Source of the DNA: Auanema rhodensis
Taxonomy: Eukaryota; Animalia; Nematoda
Length of the DNA: 64,000 nucleotides
Reading direction: 5' to 3'
Assembly: GCA_964057225.1 (NCBI GenBank)
Contig: OZ059895.1
Coordinates: 5,084,001-5,148,000, forward strand
The translations under genes and the position numbers were made by a program. Below are positions 54,001 to 64,000 of this stretch, one piece after another (within the stretch, counting starts at the first letter, position 1; each line of letters opens with the position of its first letter). The notes beneath the pieces were generated by a model. It saw only the letters and a program-made list of their open reading frames with translations, had not been told where the DNA came from and ran no database searches.

Positions 54001-57000
54001 TATCTTACATTGTTTGTAGAATCCTTTTCACTTTCCTCAATGGTTTGCCTTTGTGATTGATTGTCATTTTCTTCCAAACTTTCGATCTCTGATATATCAA
54101 TGTATAAAGCATCATCAATAGATGAAGCGTCATCATTGTCTGCTTCTTTGTTATCATCAGTAGGATAGTTGAGAGATTCGGCAATAGGTTCAGATTCTAA
54201 TTCATTTTCAACGAAATTAGGCTCAGTAGGAGTAATTGAAGCAGGAGAAGACTGCATTGAACAAACAGTTTCATTGGCACAAGCTCTCACTCTCTTAACT
54301 AACGATTCCGATGATATGTATTCTGAAAAATGAAAAAATTACGTCTATGAATGAAAAAATCTCAAACTTTGTTCCCATTCACTGATTTGATACAACTTAG
54401 AAAACATATTAATCGGGAAACAATCGAAAAACTGTTTCGGAGAAAGTCGAGAATTTGGTTGAGGAATGAGCGACTTGATTCGTAGTTTTCTTATTTCATA
54501 CGAAATATGTTCATGAGATTTGAGCAAATGAGCATTTAATCGTTGTACTAACATGAAGCCAGAACTGAGAACATTTTCTTCAGCAATGAAGCTATCTCTC
54601 AATGTATTTCGTCCAAAACGTCTTAATATAAAAAAAAATTAAAATTAGAAAATAATTTAGTTATAAAAAAGAATTTTTATAACTTTTATAAGATATAATA
54701 TATTACTTTGATCTGGTATTCATCTCTTTTTGTTGTTGTTGAATCCATTTTTCATTGTAAATATGTATTTGTTGACGATTAAGAATTATATAGTGAGAAA
54801 GAATTTGGAGAAGTTCAATCATATAGTCATCTTCATAACCATTTTGAGCATAAGTTTCAGCTGTTTCATATAAATATTTGGCGAGTTTCAACAAAGATTT
54901 ACTACGATAATCAAAACTTTCTAAATATATAATTAAAATTATTTTATAAATATATATATAAACTTACGAAAAAGATCAAATTCTTGTTCAGTTTGAGGTC
55001 TAACTTCAAAATGAACATTTTTATTTGTTTCAATAACTAAAATATTAAAATATAATTTCAAATAATATTAATTATAACTTGCCTGGTTTTATTTTTTCCA
55101 TATCTTCATTTGAAATATAAAGATGTTTTAAAAAGAATGTTGTTATAAGTTGTAATAATTGATGTCTTTGCTCTGATGTAGATTGAACAAGAACAGTACT
55201 TAATATTATTTTTAATTGACTTCCTTGTGCAAATACATGTTCAAGATCTTCATCCATTTCCAAATCAAGTATTGAACCTTTTTTACTTTTATTACAACGT
55301 GCTTAAAATAATTTTTTTAAAATTATATTAATATTAAAAATAAAGATTAGTAGATTTATACTATATATACCTGAACGTTTTCTAAATCCTGATGCACTTA
55401 TTATAAATTTAGCAATTTGAGGCAGTTCCAGATGAAAACAATTGTATTTTCGCTAAAAAAATAATTTTTTATTATAAAAATATTTAATATAATTACCTCA
55501 AATGCCATTTCTGGACAATATGATGCTCTATCTATGAGCTTGTATAGGATCATTTGGTCGTCATCTTTCTCAAGTTCAAGCATGTTGTTTGAAATATTCA
55601 CATAATCAAGATCAGCATGTTCTGATTTGATAGCAGAAAATTGAAATTTGCATTTCTTATTTCCATATAATAAATTATGGAAATCTTTCATCTTATCTTC
55701 ATCTTTCATATCAGAATTGATTCTCAGAAGTTGGAAATATTTCTTTAATACTTCTATAAAAATAAAATTTTAATCATTTATTTTTTTTTTAATTCCTTAC
55801 CATCTTGTTGATATTTATCACTTTCTGTTATTTCTTTATTATTTATATAATTATTTAAATGATCCAATTCTGATGGACTTGGTTCAGGAACTAATATTCC
55901 AATATTCAGAAACTTTTCAATAACATAAGGATTTTTTAGAATTGCATGTTTTGCAAGTTTCACAGGATCAAGTACACTGCTGAAATCTCCCTGAAAATAA
56001 GATTATCAAATAATTAAAAATATAAAAAAATATATTTACTTACAATCATCAATTTATATGGAATATCATATGAATCTTTTTTAAAGAAACGAACTAAGAT
56101 ATTCATTTCATCCATAGTCTAAATTATATTTTTAATATCAAAATTATTTTTATTCATATCATTATACTTACCAATTTGTCTACGTATTGCATATTCTTTT
56201 TTTCTTCTTTTGGTTCTTCCTTTAAATAAAAATTATTTTTTTATTCAAAACTTTCAAAGTTTTTGAATTCTTTAATTCAAATCGTTTTTCAAAATTTTTT
56301 CTTACCTTTAAGTTTTCCGATTCTTTTTTTAAACTGGATATTACTTCGTCAATACTTGATATCATGCCGTACATTGTGGATTTTCTTTTGACAAATTCAT
56401 AATCATTCCAGAATTTCAACTGTTTGATTAGTAAAATCTATACAAAAATTTAAATATTAATTTAAATTTAATGTTAAACAATTGAAAACTTACTCCTGTT
56501 CCCATTGGAATCATTTTTTCAGTGTCATCAGTCAACAAAACTTTGTAAACTATGCAACGACCACAAGAATCAACATCCAATATTTCTTTTACCTAAATAT
56601 TATAAGAAATTATTAAGTAATCTTTTGAATTTATTAAGTCTTACTTGATCAAAATTAGTAAAATCGATGTCGATATCAAGAGTAGTTCCCTAAAAATTAT
56701 AAATAAATAATAAATATTTTATTTCTTTCTATATATACCGATGATTCATCGTCTGAGCCGACATCACAAATTTCAATTTTGGTTCTATTGATGTAAGCAG
56801 TTAAGTTCAATGTCATTTTGCGATCAATTGAATCAGATGCTAAAGACATTCTGATCCAATAGTTAGTTGCCATACTGTATGCTTGCTAATAATAATTATT
56901 ATTATAAATTATTTATATATTTCAAGTTATACCACACAATTCGCATATTCCCAGCTTTTAGAACATCCCATCCATTGAACATTGTAAATTAATTTATCAT

Positions 57001-57141
57001 CTTCCGGTATTACATTTTCAATTCCCATTATCTAAATTATATATATATACAAGTATATATGTATATATATAAGTTAATATCTTAACATACCGGATAATAT
57101 GAGCTTTCTACATCTCTGGTTGTAACTACCAGATGAACCAT
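51099..57141 (-). CDS. Large (roughly 1,500 aa) protein with N-terminal divergent tandem chromodomains and an unknown helical C-terminal region
   Basis: YYP|IMGIENV...IYNVQWMGCSKSWEYANCV and FDQ|VKEILDVD...VYKVLL chromo-like exons. About 20 exons with canonical junctions, including one of 1.4 kb. I checked frame continuity at only some of the junctions. Confidence 0.65.
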
Positions 57142-57957
57142 TGTTGAAACAGTTCACTTAAATCAAGTATTATTTCCAAATTTTATTTTATAAAATAATT
57201 ATTTTAAATTTAAATTATTATTTAATTCTAAATAATAAAAAAAAGATCTGCAGGATATCAAATATTTTCTTAGTTGGATATTTGATAAAATTATTATTTT
57301 TCATAATTTATTATAATATTTAATTAATTTTTAAATAAAAAATACTGTAAATACCTGTTGTAAAAGATCAGAATCTCCAAATTTGAGACGGTTAAACTTC
57401 TATTTATCAATATTGATGTTTTAAAATTGATATAAAAAAGTTTTTTATGGTTTTAAGCCTGAAATAAAAATTAAATTTCATCATAATAAAACATATTTGG
57501 ATATATATTTAAATATTAAATTACTGTAATTAAACAGATTATTATTAAATGAAAATAATATTTTTTAATTTGATTATGAAATTATATATAAACTACATCG
57601 TTTTTTTTTACAAAAAAAAGATAAGAAGAAGAGACTAAATCAACTATATAACAACAATAAAGAAATAATTAATATTTACAAAATTTAAATTATAAAGGCA
57701 AGTTATATGACATAATTATAATAAAATGAAAAAAAAAAACATTTGACTAATGATAATGACATAGTTCATAGATGATAATACTTTTCTGAGATACATTGAA
57801 AAGACCATTTAAAGATTCAAAGAGACTAGTTGTTGATATTAACGAAAATTCTTGAAAGAAAAAAAAGAACAAGGGATAGAAGAAAGAGAAAAGTAAAATG
57901 CTGCCGTAGCACATGGAAATGCCATCTGAGGGTCAACTGAATGCTTTATACCGAAAT

Positions 57958-57996
57958 AAATGGGCGGAGCTTCAAGCTAAATTCAAATGGGCGGAG
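57958..57996. promoter_or_regulatory. Duplicated AAATGGGCGGAG GC-box-like motif
   Basis: Two exact 12-mers (57958-57969 and 57985-57996) in a small GC island, about 0.8 kb upstream of the 57141 ATG. Confidence 0.5.
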
Positions 57997-59050
57997 ATTA
58001 GTAATGAGTTGACATTACATTCAAATCCTGGTGATATCAGGTAATTAAAGGATTAAGTCATATGATATTGACTATAATATAATAGTTAATGAGATAGATC
58101 AAAGATGAGATCAATCCCTTGGAGTAATCCAGCAAAATAAGTGAAAACCCCTTCGTATCATTTAAGTAATATAGAAATAAAAGCTCGCAAATTCAAATAG
58201 CATATGATTTATGACAAAAATTAATTTTTTGAACTTAATTTGTTTAATTTCAAAATAATTATGACTAAAGGAATTATATATGGAAATTGATAAATTATTA
58301 TTTATGAAAATAAAAAGTAGAAGTTTAAGATATAATTCAATTTCTTTTTTTTTAATAAAAACTAATGTTTTATTAATTATTATGTTTATATTTTGAATAA
58401 AAAAAAAAGAAATTTCTTTCTTTTTTAAATTTTTTTCCAAAAGAGCAAGTTTTAATTTTAAAAAAAAGTTCATATGATATGTGATGGTGAAGTTGTAAAT
58501 AGAAACAACAAACATAGATTTTTACTGCAAAATGTTGTGTTTTTCTGAATTGGAATAATTTTTTTTTAAAGAAAAAGTTTGAAAGAACGAAGAATATGAT
58601 GATGATACATACATACATACATAGTATATGTATATTTGTATTTAAGATAAAACAACAACAACAACAACAATGTAGAATAGACTTCTTTTTTTTTTTTAAA
58701 AAAACTTTTAAAATTACTTATTATAATCAAAGTTATGATTACAGTATATTTTCTATTTTGTTTTATAAAAATTCTAATTATAAGCATTGTTGGTAAGTGA
58801 ATAGGATAGAAAAGGTAAAAGATTTGTGTGTTACCTAGTAACAGGAATGAATAATTGCTTCATCAAAAGGAATTAATTCCAATGATATTGGAAAGATGAG
58901 AAGATATTTCTAATAAAAATTTTGAAAAATTTTTAGAAGATGAATGTTTGGAAATAAATTCGAGGAATGAATCAAAGCAGTTCGTCATATGGAAAAATAT
59001 TTTTTCAGATATTATGCTCTGCACTTTTCGTCTTTAATATTTTCTGTGTT

Positions 59051-60346
59051 TTATGGCTTTTCCATTTCTTCAAGCTCTTCGCTATGCTTAGAGCTTTCTA
59101 ACTCATCATTCTGTTCTGATTCTTCGTGTTCTCCGGCATCTTCATATTTTTCCGTCTCATCTGGCTCTTCCGATGTGTCATGGGATGTTGTGTTTTCAGC
59201 AATAGGTTGTGATTCCTCATCGGGCAGTTCCGAAATTTCCAAATCTTTGTAGGATGTTGTAATCTTTGGATTTTTGATTATAACATCATTTCCAAGAGCT
59301 TCAACATCAGGATCGAGATTTTCATAGATATTTAAGCCAATTGTTCGTCTGAGTAGGCGAATTCCATTCATAAGAAGGGGAAACATTACATCAAAGCAGA
59401 CAACCTTTGATGGAAAAGGTAATACTGATTTGGACATGAAAGCATTGTAGATGTATTGAGCAATACCAATACAATACGGTATTAATATGTGAAGAAACCT
59501 GTTGACAAATCGAATAATTTCAGGCATATCTTCAACCTGAAATGATAAACAAATCAGCTTAACTATTAAAGTTTGAAATGTTCAACATACTTTCAACTTT
59601 TTCAAGTAAATCCAGCGAAGCTCGTTTGGTGTATTTTCAATTTTGCACAATAACCAGATACGTTGTCCCATACGACGAATGTCCATTACAGTTTCAATCT
59701 ATAATATATTTAATATGATTGTGTTATGATTGAATATATTTACTTTAGGACGTGTAATAACATATTCCGTTTGTAATTTTAGCTGAAATTCTGGAGTTTG
59801 AGCTTCTTCTTCAAGCCTGCTGATCAATACTGCACATCTTCTTTGAACCATTTCAAATACAAAATGCTCACGCATTTCAAGTGCTGAGTTACCAAACCAA
59901 AACCCCCAAAAATCGTCGATTTTTTCCGAACAATTCTAAAAATATTTGAATGAGTCATTCTTTTTCTTATTTTTTCATAATACTCACACATTCTTCTTCA
60001 GAGATGTAAGAGTTTTCAAGATGGGAATATCCTCTCCAGCTTACTTGATATGAGATCTTACCATCAGTAATTCGACAGTCAATAACCCGTTCAACCTAAA
60101 TAAGAACATATTTGGTATTAAACATTTATGAAATTCATCTATTACCTCATAATGACCGAGGCCATCTTCATCAATGAGTACGAGATTAGTTAGTGGCAAA
60201 TGTGTTGATGTTGTTACTGCCGTTGAAGTCTCCTCTCGTGTTCGTTTCACCGTTCTTGTTCCTGGTGATTGTCTTTGCCTCTGACGACGTCGCTTTAATA
60301 CGGTAGATACTATAGAGTCATCGTCATCCTTAGCTCTAGGAGTCAT
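59051..60346 (-). CDS. Double chromodomain (or chromo plus chromoshadow-like, HP1-like) protein, 364 aa, 5 exons
   Basis: Exons 60346-60146, 60095-59988, 59935-59744, 59698-59591 and 59536-59051, all introns phase 0. HYE|VERVIDCRITDGKISYQVSWRGYSHLENSYISEEEC|NCSEKIDDF is a canonical chromodomain. Confidence 0.85.
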
Positions 60347-63300
60347 CTAAAATAAACTTTTATTGTAAAAAGGATATTGAAAGGATATTTGATTAAAATT
60401 GGAAAATCTAATTTTAAAAATAGTTTCTCTCTTCCTCTTAATACCGTAATCTCTCACTTCACTTTTAGGAAAACAGAGATGTTGAATGAAACAAAAAGAT
60501 GAGAAATGGTAGTTATCTGTTCATGTGTAAATGGTAAAAGGCAATTTTTTCTGTTTGGAAAACTCGAAAACTGTTCTGACTCATGAACATAGACAAAAGA
60601 AATTGTAATGGCCTTCTGATAGTTGGGGTTCCAAAATTTATGAGACCAAAGAGAAATGGTGAGGAAGCAGAATAAAAACATTCGTAACCGATGTTGGTAG
60701 CAGAATGTTCTTCTCTTTTTTTTTGTTAATTTTCGGCTATGAGAGAACGAATAGATGTTAAGACTGCAATTGTTTGTGGCTCAATTGCTGTATGAGGTTG
60801 TGAACTATTGAAAAGAAAGAAATAACCAGCTGATAGAAGAATTAGAAGTAAAGATTCAAAAAGAACAAAAAATTAAAAGAGAGAAAGAGAGAATAAAAGA
60901 AAAAAAGATGGAAGAAAGGTTGAGATGAGCGATTGGCGGTTAATATGGAGTGCAGATGTTGGGAAGGATTTTGAGAAAACCCTGACGCACAGATTGCGGT
61001 CTTGTTTCGCAATAGGAGAAGAGAAAAGTAAAAGATTCGATTGAACATGTAAGAAATTGAATGAGAAAAATAAAAAAAAAGATGAAGGGGAGGTAAAGGA
61101 GGAGAAGTAAAGAAGAGTAATGAGGAGGGAAAAGTGTAGTTGATGAAAAAGAAAGAGATAAAGGACACAAGAGACGAATCATGTTTGATGACAAATCTTT
61201 GGTTATGAGTTGTTTTATACTGACTTATTAGCTTCTACTTAACTTCAATGTTATGTCTAAAAGTATATAAAGTGTGGTTGAAGTGGAGTACCAAAAATGG
61301 TATGCGAAATGATCAAAACTGAGATGAGAGGCTCAATCCAAAAGGGGGGGGGGACTCGAAGAGGCCACCACATGTGAGAAGAGTGCTCACATTATGTCAA
61401 AAGGGTAATTACGTAATAGCGTCAAATGGTTCAATAAATATGAATTGCCCGATGAAACGAAGCTGTATTGGTGGTCTGACATAGCTTTCTTCAAAAAAGA
61501 ACGAATGAGTTTTTAGAAGGCACGGAGTAGAGAAAGCAGTTGAGTTTGAATGTAAGAAGATGGCAAATCAAAGCCAGGTATATGCGAGAACGACTATAGC
61601 AAAACAAGTAGAGAAGTTCTAACTTGTTCTTCCTGCTTCTTCAGTGTTTGATCTTTTCATATAACCATAACAGGTAGAATGTTATTATATGACTTGAGCT
61701 CTTTGATTTTGAATAAAAAAAAAGTTGAAAAGAATCAAATTACATATTCCTTTCCAAAACATTAAATAAACTAGATAGAAAAGAATTCCATTAATAAAAA
61801 AAAATTTTCATTCACTAAAGATTTTTATTTTTTTAATATTTAAATATTCATAATTAAAATAAAATATTATATTTATCTTTTAATATAATATATGTATATT
61901 ATACAGTAATTCTATATTTTTGTTTATATGATTAAATCTTTTAAAATTTGAGAGATAATTCTTCATATTTTTGGTGTCATCTATCACACATCTGTACTCT
62001 TAATGACCACAAAAATAATTTTTTTTAATATATTAGTTGAATTTCTGTAATTTTTAACTTTCTTTTATCTATAAAACGTATAAGTAGATGAAAGAACACG
62101 GGAATATTGAAGAAACATAAGAGAGAGAGAGAGAGAACGATGTCTCAATCAACCCCCTAATATGAAAATTTTTTGCAAAAGTTTGTTTTCTTCATAATAA
62201 TAAATATAATTTGTTCATAAAACTAATAATATGTTGATAAGATGAAGCTAAGATTGCTCAATGGTCGTAAGATAGGTAGTCTCAGTGGAAATATCGTGGT
62301 CTACAGGGATTTATTCAATTTCCATCAATGAAAATACTAAATGAAGAAGGAATTATTTTTTTTTTATTGAGAAAAAAAGAAAATTTTTTTGAAAATAAAA
62401 TGAAAAATTATAGATTATAGCTATAGATAGATATATTATTTGTAAGTATATGGTTAATAAAAGTTATTATTAATTATTCTCTGTTAATTTCCTTTTTGGT
62501 AAATTGAGTTGGATTTCGTGATCAGAGAGCTTTTATCTTATATTATACATTCTACTCATAGAGTTTTCATCGTGTGAGGGTAGGAAATGACATAAGGAAA
62601 TAGGTATACGAAAGGGGAGGAGGTACGATAATGACCCAGCTTAGGATATGAAGAGAGAGAGAGAGGGGAATGAGATAGGAGGAACGATGAGGATTAGAGG
62701 ACAACGGAGATGAAAAAGGAAGATTGGGAAATACAGAAAAAGGAAAACTGAAAGATATAGAGAGAAAGGGATTGAAACTAGAATGCAATTCATTTTCAAA
62801 GTAAATGAAGTCCAGCATTCTAGTCTTATGAACATCTCTTAGGCTGCTCCACATTACTCTTATACAGCAGATTTCGTCCAGAAACTTCATGATAACGTTG
62901 TATAAGCCAAGCGCAGAAAATAGCAAATGAATACGATTTTACTTTAAACTAACAAACCAAACTTATTTGATTCATGAGTAATCCCTTCTATAGTTCAATC
63001 TCCTTCCTCTTCACACTCACTTTCTCTCTCATTCAGGTCTTCTCATCATTCGGCTATTTCCAAGGCATTGCATAAAGGAAATAAAGCACAGAATAAGCTC
63101 ATTACTAAAAGGAAGAGATGTCAGTAACGAACATTGAAGCAATGAAAGATTCATTTTGACGTCGCTATATTCCTTTAGAATTAAAAAGAATATTATTTGA
63201 ACTTGTGAATCTCAATAGGCTCCTGAGTTCCGGCGGTAGCTTGTATATATAGCTTTGAAATAGCTATACATTCATATTATTCTTCATCAAACTAATTTTA

Positions 63301-63918
63301 TTTCCAGATATTCGCTAGTATGTAGTTTCTGGACTATGGGTTTTAGCCAATTTTGTCGGTTTGGGGTAAAGAGAAGTAGATAGACATATGCGTATCTACC
63401 GTAGTGACTCTATGACGTGAACCTCCCGTTCGTCAGCAGACTTATATGCGTCTCAGGTGTGCCACATAGGATAATAACCATCCTTAATACGTCACTAAGC
63501 TCTGACCTCTAATCATACGTAGAATCTAAGAAGAGGGGCTAAAAAACATTCAGGCATAAGCTATATCGGCAGATGCGGCAGTTCATGACCTCCTGACCAA
63601 ACGTGGCAGCAATCGAGTAGGCAAAAAACAAATTCAGATTTAACAATGAGGATGGAGCGAGGTGGGGGGTTCGAATAGAAGAAGAGGGATACTCCTAAAT
63701 ATGTCTGGACCTTTCACACCTGCACAGACTATTGCTGCAACGATAGGTCATGTCAATTGGCCCAGGGTCGAATTGAAGATGTTCCACTCTTTCGTCTTTT
63801 CAGCTGTAGAGGAGAGATGAGTAGTATTACATATTAGTATTATAATTAGTAAATAAACAAAGAAAAAGTTAGTTGAAGGGATATAAAAACATTTTGTTAT
63901 TGAAAGAAGATAAATGAT

Positions 63919-63923
<5 letters not shown>

Positions 63924-63952
<29 letters not shown>
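63924..63952. repeat. (CT)n microsatellite
   Basis: Directly visible. Confidence 0.95.
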
Positions 63953-64000
63953 TTACCATTTATATAAATATATATATATATTTTATCATAAATGAATGTT

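Noticed and set aside
1591-60346. Apparent functional clustering (trafficking: COMMD4, HPS5, IER3IP1, unc-11; chromatin: DOT1L, THAP, MCPH1, chromodomain genes)
   Set aside because: These are common gene classes in a gene-dense region, and the sequence gives no evidence of co-regulation beyond the operon candidates.
50300-64000. Programmed DNA elimination breakpoint or telomere addition site at the composition shift
   Set aside because: No TTAGGC array is present (only isolated hexamers), and I cannot verify a break motif from sequence alone. It would need soma vs germline coverage.
1-64000. Prokaryotic systems (CRISPR arrays, defence operons), rRNA, intact tRNA, autonomous transposons
   Set aside because: The sequence is intron-rich nematode DNA. 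No repeat-spacer arrays, rRNA, complete cloverleaf, or RT/transposase ORF were seen.

Overview
Gene-dense, AT-rich eukaryotic DNA with very short GT-AG introns (about 40-60 nt) and TTTCAG-type acceptors. It is almost certainly from a rhabditid nematode, given the cuticle collagen, the C6-domain genes and an UNC-11 N-terminus matching the C. elegans one as I recall it. The ORF track shows only exon fragments, so I spliced the genes by hand. From left to right: the 5' end of an unidentified minus-strand gene; COMMD4; an ABHD2-type hydrolase; two tandem C6-domain secreted-protein genes (one damaged); a Pro-rich unknown; DOT1L; a tRNA-derived SINE-like relic; a PDZ protein; a cuticle collagen; a probable six-gene operon (THAP protein, MCPH1, kelch protein, HPS5/TECPR2-like plus RING-H2, IER3IP1, YccV-like); unc-11/AP180 with cassette microexons; and ECHDC1. 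The most novel-looking element is at 51-60 kb: two tandem, highly diverged double-chromodomain genes. They share four intron positions and a linker of the same length (64 aa), but differ in their methyl-lysine aromatic cage and carry different C-termini. All protein identifications are by motif recognition from memory; no searches were run.
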